NCBI RefSeq assembly: GCF_963921235.1
Contig: NC_086097.1
Span: 74,464,001-74,528,000, forward strand
DNA length: 64,000 nt
Source of the DNA: Mobula hypostoma
Taxonomy: Eukaryota
Reading direction: 5' to 3'
Both the position numbers and the translations under genes were made by a program. Every line of letters starts with the position of its first letter. Position 1 is the first letter of the stretch. The notes under the pieces are model-generated. The model did no database searches. It was not told the DNA's origin and saw nothing but the letters and a program-made list of their open reading frames with translations. Below are positions 11,800 through 24,750 of the stretch, piece after piece.

Positions 11800-12838
11800 G
11801 TTGGATTGGCAACAAAATCTCCTCCATGATCTCCATAAACACAGGTACACCCCAGTGCTGTGTGCTCAGCCCCCTGCTCTACTCACTTTACGTCTGTGAC
11901 TGCACAGCTCCAATGCCATATTCAAGTTTGCTGATGATACCACTGTTGTGGGCCAAATTAAAGATGGTGATGAATCGGCGCACAGGAGGGAGAATGAAAA
12001 TTTGGCTGAGCGATGTCATAACAACAACCTTTCCCCCAGTGTCAGCAAGACCAAGGAACTGATTATAGACTTCAGGAGAGGGAAACCAGAGGCCCATGAG
12101 CCAGTCCTCATCAGAGGATCAGAAGTGAAGGGGGTTTGCAACCTTAAATTCTTGGGTGTTACCATTTCAAAGAATCTGTCCTGGGCCCAGCACATAAGTT
12201 CAGTTGCGAAGAAAGCATGGCAGTGCCTCTACTTCCTTAATGGTCTGTGGAGATTTGGCATGACACCTAAAATTTTGACAAAATCCTACTGATGCATAGT
12301 GAAGAGTATATTGACTGGTATGGAAACACCAATGCCGTTGAACAGAAAATCAGCCTAGTACATCATGGGTAAAGCCCTCCTAACCACTGAGCACATCTAC
12401 ATGAAGCTCTGTCAGAGGAAAACAGCATCCATCATCAGATATCCCCACCCAGGTCATGCTCTCTTCTCACTGGTGCCATCAGGTAGAAGGTAAAAGAGCC
12501 CAGAACTCACACCATCAGGTTCAAGAAAATTTACTACCCCTCAACCATCAGGCTCTTGAATGGAAGGGGATAACTACACTCACTTTCCCCATCATTGAAA
12601 TGTTCCTACAGCCAATGCTCTCACTTTAAGAACTCGTTATCTCATTATCTCTTGTTCTTGTTATCTATTGCTATTTATTTATATTTGCATTTGCACAATT
12701 TGTTGGCTTCTGCACTCTGGTTGATATTTCATTGATCCTGTTATAGTTACTATTCTGTAGATTTGCTGAGTATGCCCACAGGAAAATGAATCTCAGAGTT
12801 GCATATGGTGATAACATTTACTTTGAACTTTGAACTTT
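11800..12838 (+). mobile_element. Rex1/Babar LINE 3' fragment
   Basis: INTGTPQCCVLSPLLYSLY, FADDT-like segment, SKTKELIIDFRR, KFLGVTISKNLSW; tail (ctttgaa)n at ~12820-12838. Confidence 0.88.
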
Positions 12839-13150
12839 AGTTGGGTTGGTATTATTGCAGTTTCATACCTTCCTTTTTCTCTGCATTTACTGCCACTAAA
12901 CTGCTCTGAGTAATTAAGAAATTGGTTAACATCCAAACAGCCTAAATTTCCAGCTCTCTAGAATCATTTTAATTTGTACACTTAGGCTTAGCATCTCCTT
13001 GCAACTTGGCAGTCACATGCTGTTCAGTGGCAAAGGCCCCCATGGGATAGTTTTGAGCTTTGAAAATGTCTGCCAACTCTAAATGTATCCCATAAATCTC
13101 AATGAGATTGGATTTGAACTTGAGTCCAAGTAAGAAGTCACGGATGTCAC

Positions 13151-13170
13151 AGGACAAAGGCCAAAGGTCA
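13151..13170 (+). promoter_or_regulatory. Candidate triple nuclear-receptor half-site array (two overlapping DR1 elements)
   Basis: AGGACA-A-AGGCCA-A-AGGTCA in non-repetitive DNA. Confidence 0.35.
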
Positions 13171-13238
13171 ATAGGAATTAGTATTAAATTGTACTTAGCC
13201 TGATATCGGGGAACACGTTTTACCATGAATCCACTCAC

Positions 13239-13255
13239 CTGAAATGCTTTGGCAG
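13239..13255 (-). other. Candidate 17-nt micro-exon
   Basis: Minus strand reads tcgttctttgctctcag|CTGCCAAAGCATTTCAG|gtgagtgg: pyrimidine-rich acceptor and near-consensus donor. Confidence 0.35.
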
Positions 13256-13484
13256 CTGAGAGCAAAGAACGAGATGTAATTTTCCACTACTTTTGCTTCA
13301 CATTTACTGCAGTGTAACTGTATCTGAATGCAAAGTTTATATTGAAATGTTTCATTGCACCACCTGGGAAGCTTTCTTAAGCTTAAGTATTTTTGATTGT
13401 TTCATTTTTGGTCAAGAATCGTTGTCCCTAACAGTAAACTGTACTTGGCAATGCAGATGTGCTCAGAACAGTGGGCAGGGAATG

Positions 13485-13650
13485 ATAGAGTCACAGAGTC
13501 ATAGACAAGTACTTCACAGAAACAGGCCCATCAGCCTATCTAATCCATGCCAAACCATTTAAACTGCCTACTTCCATCGACCTGCACCGGGACCATAGCC
13601 CCCTATACCCCTACCATCCCTGTACCTATCCAAACTTCTCTTAAATGTTC
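13485..13650 (-). mobile_element. Short CR1 3' tail
   Basis: atagagtcacagagtcataga...acaggcccatcagcc...tccaaacttctcttaaatg. Confidence 0.7.
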
Positions 13651-16600
13651 ATTTATTCTGCCCAGATGTACAAAATGATTCATGCAAGATAAATATTTTA
13701 AAAACTTCTCCAGTGAGAAAATGGTATTGAAAAAAATGAGTGATGACTCAAACTAATTTGTGCAGTTCATGCAATAGGTTGATGCTTCACATAGTAACTT
13801 AAATGTATTAAGGTCATGGGTTTAATTCCCGATTCTTCGAAGTTTGCTGACTTCAATTTGTGCATTTGTAGGGGTCTGTATTTGGTATAGCTCTCCTGGG
13901 TTAGGGAAAGATACATTGCCCAAGGTTGCTGTTGCTAATCACTCCACTGTGCTTGAAAATGCAGACAGTATGGAGGTCGGATAAGTACCAGATCAGAACC
14001 TGTTATAGTATCCTTCAGTCAGAGGGTCTGAATAATACCCAAGATATTCAAGGACAACAGCTATTTATGAATCTGTAATACATCCACATACTGAGTAGAC
14101 ATCAGGAAATGAGAATACTATTGTGGGAATATCATTCTAAACGTTGCCATCAAGTTGGATGTCTGCAAACAAAGCATGCTGAACAACTTCAGCTGTTGAT
14201 TCGGAAAGGGCAAAGGGCACCTCAAAAGTAAAGTTATTCTTGCTCATTGGTACTTTCAATTCCCCCATGGAAATTCAAACGTCCTTTCCTAATGATCACT
14301 TGTATATTATGTTATAGTAGAAGTCTTCCTTTACAGCACTCACATTTTCCCTTGACCCCCAATGCCAATCACTTTTCCGAGGAGATGATAATATTGCAGT
14401 TCAGAAAAGCATCTTTTCCTGCAAATCCTAACAAGCTACAACTGGTGGGACTCTGTACTAAAGTCAGGACCTTTCAGTTTTCAGTGTTTTCTCATTCTAC
14501 ATGATGTCCATAAGGTAAACATAGCCCTGTGCTAATTTAGAAGTTGTTTCATGCCTGGGGCAACAACCAAGGGTGATGTACTGTGTAAATTCATCAAGAC
14601 AGTGCAGGGCCTTAAGATGGCAAATAAAATATGTCCCGGGAATGAGATTTCTCCATAGTGATTATATTAAAAGAACTTACAGAGACAAAGGCTGATTATG
14701 AGGAAAAAATGCTCAGGCAAACCCATGCTATTCTCTTCATTCAAAATAAAATGCAAAGAAAACCACAAAATGTGAAGTATAAAGATCCGACAAAAAGTAT
14801 TAAGGATTTGCCCACATTAATCTTAAAATCATATAGATATCTTTTATTATGTTCCATTTGTAAGACATAAAAATATCTTGTGGATATTTACATGAAATAT
14901 ATATTTCTAATGACAGCCATTGACAGCTCATGCAGCATCTTTAATAAAATACTCACATCAATTAATTTATAAAAATACTTTCCCAAAGGTATAATATCTG
15001 TTAAAATACATTCAGAGCAAATTTTTGTAGTTTTAAACTACATTCCACTTATGTCATAGATCTCCAGCTCAAATAAAATCTCTAATGTTAGAGAAGGTAC
15101 AAGAGTTAGACCAGAAAAAGATTCTAACCAGCAATAGAATGGTTGATGCACACATCGATTTCCAGCTTCATATATCTTTAATGAAGAGATTAAATACTTG
15201 TTTGGGAAGCATAGTCTGACTTAAGTGGTGCTTGTCAGTACAGCATGTAATGCTGAAGACCCTCTGATATCTCCCCAAGGTGCTGAAGTTAATTTGGGTT
15301 TCATTCTGCAGTGCAGTCAAAGAGTCACATGTTGAATTCTCCACTGCTAACCCCTCAAAAAACTTACCACACAGTAGAATTCCTGAAGCATTAACCCCTT
15401 CCAACAGTTGTCTTAGGAGAGGTAAATCAGGTTTAAAGCCTTTAGGATAAAGTAAGGCAAGCAGCTAAACTTGTTAGTGAAAGAAATGTTTTCCAGAGCA
15501 AAAAAAAATCATATCATTGCACAAATCAAAGTTACCATTTTCTGTCACACCTAGTCTGTGATGCATCAAGGCATTTCAATGTAATAACACCAGATAATTT
15601 AGATGCATTAACATGTCGAAGAACTGCAACATAAATTTCTACCATAAATTGAACTAACAAAATCTATTATATTTATATCAGTGACTATCTCTTTAAGAGC
15701 ATCTCTGCTTCCTGTTGGTAAAAGAAATAGATGATTAAGTAGATACAGAGTCTGTTCTATTTAAACTCACCCTTCGTGTGCATGATAAATTCATAAGCAA
15801 ATTAAAGCATATAAATGAGTTACATGTATTTCAAAGGATATCATTTTAAAATGGTATTCTAATTTTCCTTTGGTAATAACAGGTATTCAAATGGATGCTG
15901 AGTCACCTGTATTTAAATTTGTCTTTCGTCTAAGTGTGATTTTCATACTTTCCCATACTGATGTTTTGTATAAATAGGATGTTGGTACTACACTGAATTA
16001 CACTGCATTGTTCTAAAGTAGGGGATTTCACTCAGAAACCAGAAATCACTGCTGGGGCCATTTCAATACTAAGGAGTATCCTTACTTCATACATTCTTTC
16101 ATATTTGAGGCAGCATCATGGCAATTGCCTTGAGAGAGAAAAGAATCTTCAAATTAAGTCCCATTTCTTCATTTTTTTGGCAAAAATAACTATGTAGCTG
16201 ACTTATTATTACCCTACATGTTCACTTTAGGCTAATATAGTTGGAGGGAGGCAAAAACTCGTATTTACACAGACAAGGACATCCTGTCTCACTGGCCACA
16301 ATGTGCAGTACTCTGTGCCACAGCTATCAAATTGCCACAACAGAGATAGCTTACGATTGTGATTTAGTTGACGAGTCAATGTTGCTTGTTGGAAACAAAT
16401 GATACAGAAAAGAGAAAGTTCACCATTCTGTATTTTAAAATGGGAAAAGACTGAGGCTTTAAAATATTTAGTTCTAGCTTTTTGAGCAGTTCATTTGTTT
16501 GTCAATCAAGCACTAATTTTACTTGACCCCCACCCCCTGACAGTGACATTACAGGGAACCACAACGACTCCCCCAACATACAGACACATAGATGGAGACA

Positions 16601-18179
16601 TACAGGTGGCAACCTTATACACGTTTGCTTGAGGCCCATGGCTCAGCTCTTCTCTTGAATTCTTGAAGGTGCATATTACAAACTGAAATCAAAGAAATTT
16701 TCTGAGGCTTTTACTTAAAAATAATTGCATTTTTGAAAGTTTTTTCTATCCGTCAGTAGTCAGTGAGTTAACTCCTGAAGAACTAAGGGGAAAGATTCAC
16801 ATTTCAATTATCCATCCTACAATGCTTATTTGTGCTTTATAATGTCACTATTCTGCTTTGAACTCTAGCTAACGGCTACATATTGTTTCAATTTCTGTCA
16901 CTCCCCAGCTTCCCTTCTTCTCCCTCTCTAGTTGTTTTATCAGCACACTGAAGATGCAAGATTGGCTACATGTTTGCAATTTCCCAACAGCAAGTTCTTG
17001 ATCTTGGGCTCATCTTTAGAAACTGAAGGTCAAGATTCTTCTGCAGAGGAGAAAAGGTCAGAAGCCACATAACTTTGGACAATCATATATGTTCTATGCA
17101 TCGATATAAACACTAACTGTAGTTATCTAGGAGCACTGGGACATCTTGGCTGCACAAAATCATATTAAATTTCTTCATACATAAAATAAATAGAAATACC
17201 TCAAAAATTTGTTTATTATATGATGGAAGAACTGGAATCTGACTTTTACTTCTAATTTCTGACCTTTAATCTGTCATAATAGATCATTAGATTGCATGAA
17301 AAGGACCTAATATATTGAGGTAGAAGGTCCTATCAGGAACTTGTGTCCCAAGTGCACCCAAAATTGTAGCACTTGGGATTTAATTCAAGTTTTTAAAAAC
17401 AAATTTTAAATCTTCAATGAATTTGCTTAACCTGATTGTAAAACTGAATGATAGTAATTATTCTTACATATACATAAAAGCAGTTGTTGACATATTTATA
17501 AGTAGTAACCTGGTAAAATTCTATTAATACTTTTGAAATTACATTTATTGCAAGAATTAAGCATTTTTTAATTTTAAAAAATGCCTGTTCCTCTGTCTAT
17601 GATCATCTCAATATAAATCAGTATAAATGGAAAAATCATTCAATAGCTCCTGAGAAAATTGGATATTTGACATGGAAAAATAACTTTTAAAGTAACCAGT
17701 AAACTTAACCAACACAGTCAACTGAAACTTGTTACACTGACCCAGGAGAAAAACTTGGTATGTGGATTTCCCTGATCTTCTGCACTGATTTAGCCAGCTG
17801 AGTCATAATCTGGATAAAATAAAAATTCTTGAAACTGAGCAGCATCATTCTGAACCCCTTAGGTTTGCTGAGTTCCAAATCTGCTGACATGTGAAAAAAA
17901 AAGTTGAACTTTAAAATGAGCCAAACATGAAACGGGAAGAAAATGACCAAAAGTTGAACAAGGAATGTAAATTACATAGGCTAGACAGTAACGATTACAA
18001 ACAAAACTGTACTGAGAAAACAAAATTGATTCTTAATGTGAAAAATCATTTTTTATTATAATTCAATTTTTATTTGTCCCTGTGTGTAGGTGGGGGGTGT
18101 TACCACTTTACGCTCAGATTGGACTGATCAGTGGTTGTTTATTCTGTATTACTGAAGGCAACACATTGTGATTTTTCCA

Positions 18180-18720
18180 TGACTGTGCTACCGTTGGTGG
18201 AGAAATATGGAACAGGGAATTGGACTCTGACTGAAATATTAAAGATTGACAGCTTTGATACTAAGGACTTAAGAAGGATCTTGAGTGGTAAATAGCAGGA
18301 CTGCATCACTAACGAGATGGTGCACAAGTGGGACAAAAGAATCCCATTTTCAACTACAGTGTGTAGTAGACACATCAAATGGGCATACCATGTAGCTGGA
18401 ATGGGAGAAGATAAAATATTAAAGACAATTGACAGTTTTGATTCTAAGTACATGGGAAAGACCTTCAGCATTGAATAGCAGGACCTATCATTAATAAAAT
18501 AGTGCAAGCGTGGACTAATAGAATCCTGCTGTCAACTGTGGTGTGGTGCAGGCCTTGAAAAGACCGCGTTACCCAGCTAAAATAGGAAAAAGAAACACAG
18601 TGCAACATGGAGGTACTTATCCAAGAGGAAACTGCGCAGGGGATTGGAGTGAAGTGAATCAAAGAATGAACCCCCTGGAAGACCACCCTTTGTGGAAGAT
18701 GTGATGATGGAAAATCCAAC
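18180..18720 (+). mobile_element. Ancient RTE-clade LINE C-terminal remnant with internal ~180-bp tandem duplication
   Basis: Conceptual YG..NWTL..IDSFD..LRRIL..QD.ITNE..KWAYHVAGM; second copy begins at aatattaaagacaattgacagttttgattctaag (~18415). Confidence 0.5.
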
Positions 18721-20239
18721 TTATTTCCAATAGGAGCAAAAAGTTCTTTGCTGTTAAATCAGAGAGTAATAATCTGGTTATACTCACTTCTGCATATTTT
18801 ATTCCTTCCACTGGGATAGTCAACAAATGCGGTCCTTGCCATAGCATCATGGGAATAAATAAATCAAAATCCATATGCTTAGTCAGTGAATGCCAGCAGT
18901 ATATGGGGCTATGCGGAGTGGCAGAGCTCAAAATATAACCCTGTCCTCATGAAACATTCTCACACAAGATTTCAGCAGGAGGTACAGGATAAGAGCTGAT
19001 AGCTTAGCTTGGCTTAGTTTACCCTCCTTGCCCAGCAGCATAGGTGCTGATGGCATCAGGCCTTAAGTAAGATCAGCTAATTCAGCAATACCTTGAAAAT
19101 CAATTGTCCAATTACTTTTAGTAATGTATCACAGAAGAAATTTACCATGCATTTATTTTGTTTTAAACACAAACTTAGGAATACATAAAACTGTTTGAAT
19201 ATATTTCAACAACATATGTTAGCCTACATTAGTATGATAGGTTTAGAAATTGTACTTCAATCTGGAACTCTTAAGAAGGTATATTAACTAATGAGTGAAG
19301 AAGTATCTTTAAAATTTGAGCAGCTTAGCAATTTCAAAGAATATTAAGAACACTTTACGTTGCTCTGCAATTAACCAAACAATAAATCAACAACACAGTC
19401 AATTATATCCCACAGTTAAGATCACTTATTTTACAATGTCTATCAAAATCTGCACCACCTGCACATTTGATTGGACCGCATGCCAATTTACTTATTAGAC
19501 TTTTTTCCCACTTTTAAGAATTAATTCAAATCCTTTGCATATAAGCAACACAGCAATATGTGCAGTATCTGTGTTATGAGCCTTCCTCTGTCATCACCAT
19601 CAAGAGCTTCTCATACACACTTAAAAAATGGGTAACTTAAACCATCAAGGAAGCACCAGAAACTCAATTTGACCACACACTTCACAGTATGGCCACTTCC
19701 AAATATATGATGATCATGGCATGTTTTGTACAGATAACAACTCCATAATTGTATGCATTCAGTATTTGTTTCAAAATTATCAACACCATGTGCTTCAGCC
19801 AATCTTTAATGACAAAGTACTGATTTGACATTAGTGTAGTGATAAAGAGTTAAGGTATTCACATAAGTAATCGTGCACAAGTCTTGAGTATGAACAATTT
19901 TTAAGGAATATTCACAACAAATTAGAAAATTTCAATATACAAGAACACTTCTTGCTATTTTTCAAAATTATTGTGTTCTGGTCCCTTGCCAAGAAAACTC
20001 ATCAGTTCTGACTCCAGCTTGATCTCTGGACCAATACTTACAGGAATCATTTTCTTTCTCCACATGTTTGCCATTTGCTTAGAGTTGTTGCATTATTTTA
20101 TCATTTCTTGTTTCTACCAGTAAAATAGTCTCTAAATCTGCCAAAAGGCGTGAGATCCTCCAAGTGACTGCATTTTTCTTTAAGTCATGTTCTTGACATG
20201 CCCATCCTTAACACTATAATGCAGCACACAGCAAAATTC

Positions 20240-21460
20240 AACCTCACTGCCTCCTCTGACCAACATAAATTTGAAAAGCCAATTGAAATATCAGCAAAAC
20301 TGGGGACTGTACCCACTCCCTGCTGAATTTCTGAAACTTGGTGGAGGAACTTCTCAGAAATTCATAACCTCATTTCACATGTCTGAGACAAGGAGGATAT
20401 AGCAGGGAAACCCCGGTGATACAATGCCAGGATGATTTCCAAAATATAGAGACTGCGGTAATTACTTTGGGATGTCATTACCAGAGTCCTCCGCAACAGC
20501 CTTCTCAAGTGGCCAATGAACTCCTGCCCACATCAGTGTGGACTCCACCCGTCTTGAGGCAGTGTCAACATGATCACTACAAATGAACCCCAAGAGGAAT
20601 GGTGAGAGCAGCACCAACCACAATTCTTGGCCTTTAAACTTGTGACACTGTTAATCAAGAAAATACGTGGAGAAGCCCCCTCAAAATTGCCTCTCAGAAG
20701 AACATTTTCTCTCTTTTATGAGCTCCTTGACAGTGTATAAGCCCTGATCTTAAATAACACTCAATCTCAGGAAGGAATGTTGCCCAACAAGGCTTCTCAC
20801 AATCTTTCTCGCTGCAGTGCCGCACCTCACCTCCAGCGAGCTTCTCTTGAATTAGAGGTAACCTACAGGGCAAATGGGAAACTGTTCAACATCATTCCAG
20901 AGTCAAAGTCACCACATAGTCAGCCCAGATAGTCCGGGGGCTTCTCTCTCCGCGGTGCTAGGCAGTGAGACAGCGCCTGGCTGCTGTGCTTCGAGTCTGC
21001 AAACTTTGCGGCAATTTGGCCCACTAATATGATGACTGAACACCGAGCATTTGGGCCTACTCTAGGCTGCTCTGGGGATTTGGATCTAAGAAATTAATCT
21101 GGTTTGGAATGCTGTTGTTGGTGCTCACTTTTATTTTTTATATTATTTATTTTGTGTTTTTTTTCTCGTTCTCAGTGGGGACGGTGGGGGGTTGGTCTTT
21201 TTTTTTATTGTTTTCTTTTGGTCTCCTTGCTTTGCAACTGCCTGTAAGCAAACAAATCTCAAGGTTGTATAATTTATACATTCTTTGATAATAATGCACT
21301 TTGGCACGTTCATGCACATGCTTACAGACCAAACTTCAAGTTACCATTGATTCAGTCACTGAAGCAGATGCAATGATGATGTTGAACATGGCAAGCATTA
21401 ACTCCAGCCCCCAGACAAGCTCAAACCCCTGCAACTTGCCTACTCCAAAAACAGGTCTAC
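20240..21460 (+). mobile_element. Degraded RTE-clade LINE RT region
   Basis: PAEFLKLGG, DCGNYFGMSL and QCG/EQHQP-like segments; interrupted at ~20930-21303. Confidence 0.6.
20930..21303 (+). mobile_element. Non-autonomous element with Rex-type 3' tail
   Basis: GC-rich head followed by ...ctgtaagcaaacaaatctcaaggttgtataatttatacattctttgataataatg tail. Confidence 0.55.
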
Positions 21461-21538
21461 AGCAGGCTTAGGAGAGCCAGAAGGGGGCATGAAAAGGCTT
21501 TGGTGAATAGGATTAAGGGATACCCCAAGGCATTGCAC

Positions 21539-22179
21539 TGTCATGGTCCGGTCCGTTGACTCCTCATTCCAGTTATTTCCTTTTCCCCCTGGTCCATCCG
21601 ATGCTTTGATTAAGGCACCTGTTTCCCATCTGAGCCGGGAGCATAAAAACTCTGGCTTACAGCTCCTTGGTGCTGGACCATCACCTGAGCAAGTGCAGTT
21701 GTGCCCGATTCGAGTCCCCGTTCATTGTGAACTCTAAGTGGCTTCGGTGCCTGGGGAGCTTTGTGGATTTGGTCATTTTCGTGTCCAGCTGAGTTGGCGG
21801 CCGTTTGCCGCCACACCGAGCCAAAAGTACGAATTCTGCCGTTTCCATGGCCAGCTGAGATTTGCTAGCCGTTGCCGCTATTCCGAGCCGAGATTCAAAT
21901 GGACTGTCGTGGTTTGGATTTCATCGTCTCGTATCCAGCTGAGTAGGCAAGCCGTTTGCCGCTACTCGAATGGACTGTTGTTGTTTTGTCGTTCCATGTC
22001 CGAGTCCAAGTCAGAGTCCCAGCTCTGTGTAGTCCAAGTCAGGGCTCTGAGACCCGAGTCAAGTTCCAAGTGCCAAGTTCTGAGTCCAAGTCAAGTCCAA
22101 ATCCATCCCCGTGTCAAGTCTCCATGCCTGTGTCCTGCACTTGGGTCCACTCCTCCACTCCCTATGCCCCATTGTGACA
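21539..22179. mobile_element. Solo LTR (Gypsy-like) inside CR1
   Basis: tgtcat...tgtgaca termini; tgcac/tgtac 5-bp flanks; shares cctgtgtcctgcacttggg with the LTR at 10.7 kb. Confidence 0.8.
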
Positions 22180-23080
22180 TGTACACATATGTGAACAAAA
22201 GGAGAATGACTAGATTAAGGGTAGGCCCGCACAGAGATAGAAGAGATTTGTCTGGAGTTGGAGGAGGTAGGAGAAGTTATTAATGAATACTTTGCTTCAG
22301 AATTCACCACTGAGAGATGGTGATTGACATTTGTGAGGACAGTGTTAAACAGGCTGATAAGATAGAACATGTTGAGTTAAGAAAGTGGACGTGCTGGGAC
22401 ATATGAAAAACATTAGGATAGAAAAGTCCCTGGGGCCAGACAGGATATGCCCAGGTTATTATGGGAAATGAGGGAAGAGATTGCTGCACCTTTGCTGATG
22501 ATCTTTGCATCCTCACTGGCCACAGGAGTAGTACCAGTTAACTGAAGAGTTCAAGAAAGATAATCCGGATAACTCTGGGATTTATAGACCAATGAAGATT
22601 ATCTCAGGTGGGCAAATAATTGGAGGAGATTCTTAGAGAAAGGATTTATGAGGACTTGGAGAAGCATAGTCTGATTAGGGATAGTCAGCATAATTTTGTG
22701 AGAGGCAGATTGTGCCTCACAAGCCTGATTGAATTCTTTGAGGATGCAACAAAATACATTGATGAAGGTACAGCGGGGTGTACAGTATATAAATTTTAGT
22801 AAGGCATTTGATAAGGTTCTCTGTGGTAGGTTCATTCAGAAGGACAGGAGGGATGGGGTCCTGGGAAACTTTGCTGCATGGATTCAGAATTGGCTTGCCC
22901 ATAGAAAGAAGAGGGTAGTTGCAGATGAAATGAATTTTGTCTGGAGGCTGGTGACCAGTGGTCTTCCACAGGATCTGTTCTGGACCCCTGCTCTTTGTGA
23001 TTTTTATAATTGACTTGAATGAGGAAGTGGAAGGGTAGATTAGCAAGTTCGCAGAGAACACAAAGATTGGTGGAGTTGCC

Positions 23081-23173
23081 GTCAGGTTGGAGGCTACCCA
23101 GACAGAAGATAAGGTGTTGTTCCTGCAGCCTAAGTGTGGCCTCATCATGACAGTGGAAGAGGCCATGGATAGA
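23081..23173 (-). mobile_element. Penelope-like GIY-YIG fragment
   Basis: Encodes SIHGLFHCHDEATLRLQEQHLIFCLGSLQPDG (in ORF 22832-23296). Confidence 0.8.
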
Positions 23174-23789
23174 TATACCAGAAGACATAATTTTAAGGTG
23201 AATGGAGTTAAGTATAGGGAGGTGGGTATCAAAGGTAGGTTTTTTACACAAAGTGGTGAGTGCATAAAACCCTTGCCGGGGTGGTGGCACAGACAATTAC
23301 ATTCGGGGCGTTTAAGAACCTCTTAATAGGTACGTAGAAGATAGAAAAGTGGAGGGCTATGTAGGAGGAAAAGATTAGATTGACCTTAAAGTATGTTAAA
23401 AGGCTGGCACAACATTGTGGGCCAAAGGACCTGTACTGTGCTGTAATGTTCTATGTTTTTTTTCTCTCTAACAATTTTCTCTGTGCTGCTTTCAAGGCAG
23501 TTTTTGCTCTGTGATTTTGGATTTTCTTATTGTTCAATGACCAATCGATTCAGTAGAAGTACATTTCTTGCCCTGCCACTGCAAAGGGCTGTTAAGAGTC
23601 AAACACATTGATCTGGAATTGGAGTCAAATCTAAAACAGGTCAAATGAGGATACTAAATTTCCTTTGCTAAAGTACATAACTGAATCAGCTGAGTTTAAT
23701 AATGATCTGGCAACTTCAGAGTTGCTTTTCTTGAAGCCAGCTTTCAATGTCATGTGATTATTTCTGGATATGCTGGGGCAGAGGCGCCC

Positions 23790-24110
23790 ATAAGACTATA
23801 AGACCGTAGGTCGGAGGAGTAGAATTAGGCTATTCAGCTGATCAAGTCTGCTCCACCATTCAATCATGGATGATTTATTATCCCCATCAACCCCATCTCT
23901 CTTGCCTTCTCCTTATAACCCTTGACACCTCTACTAATCAAGAACCTATCATCCTCTGCTCTAAATAGACCCAATGACTTGGCCTCCACAGTCATCTGTG
24001 GCAATGAATTTCACAGATTCACCACCTTCTGACAAAAGAAATCTCTCCTCATCTCTGTTCAAAAGGGACGTCCTTCAATTTTGAATCTGTGCCCTCTGGT
24101 CCTAAACTCA
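23790..24110 (-). mobile_element. CR1 3' end
   Basis: Colinear with CR1 3' ends at 770-1100 and 58803-59110. Confidence 0.85.
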
Positions 24111-24159
24111 ATCGAGTGTGCTTGTGCACAGGGCTTGTTGAGGAAAAGATTAATTAAGC

Positions 24160-24750
24160 CAATGGGACCCCTTACTTTACAAACACGGGCAGAGTCTACA
24201 GTAGTAAAGAGTTTATGTTGAACCTACAAAGAGTACAGTTTAAATCACATCTAGAACACTGATCCTATTCTGCTCACTGGAAGGATGCGAGAGTCCAAGA
24301 GAGTGTGCAGAAAAGATCCGCTAAAGTGTGCCCAGCACTGGGGGACTTCAGCTTAGAGGTTAACCTGGAAAAGCTGATCTTGTACATGGAGAAGCAGACA
24401 GGAGAGGCAATTTATTGCAGGTTATAAGATCATGGCTGAGATCGAGAAGGTAAAAAGAGGAATACCTGTCTCCATGGTGAAAGTTTCGAGGAGCTCAGAT
24501 ACAGAGTTAAAGTAATTGACAAAAAAGATATACACACAAAGAACGTGAAGAAAAAGTTTTTTTTTTCATTTTATTATTAACTCTGGTCTGGAGCTTACCA
24601 TATGTAATAGGAATTGGCTAGGTATAAGGGAGAAAGTAAATTATAAGGCCACAGGAGCGAGAGGGGGAATGGGGTAGATTGGATTGCTTTATGAAGCAAG
24701 GACAAGATGGGCTGAATGTTCTTCTTCTCTTTTGAAAGGATATTATGATT
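24160..24750 (+). mobile_element. Highly degraded CR1 3' fragment
   Basis: Remnant cacatctagaacactg..., gagtgtgcagaaaagat, tail gatgggctgaatg. Confidence 0.55.

Larger units (their letters stand above)
21465..23458 (+). mobile_element. Degraded CR1 ORF2 and 3' end
   Basis: KSPGPD-like segment, YINFSKAFDKVLCGR, WIQNWLAHRKKRVV, VTSGLPQ; tail ctgtaatgttctatg at ~23440-23456. Confidence 0.85.

Noticed and set aside
13780..14100. Possible tRNA gene (B-box-like ggtttaattcc)
   Set aside because: No cloverleaf; more likely an ancient SINE head, with a related remnant on the minus strand at ~18880-19090, too decayed to call
16600..16700. Minus-strand acceptor tttctttgatttcag followed by short open frames
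   Set aside because: No convincing donor site and no recognisable peptide
21760..22115. Spaced repeats superficially like a CRISPR array
   Set aside because: Eukaryotic context, degenerate repeats with irregular spacing inside an LTR, no cas genes
21738..22283. 181-aa plus-strand ORF
   Set aside because: Lies mostly within a solo LTR with simple repeats and runs into CR1 remnant; no recognisable domain
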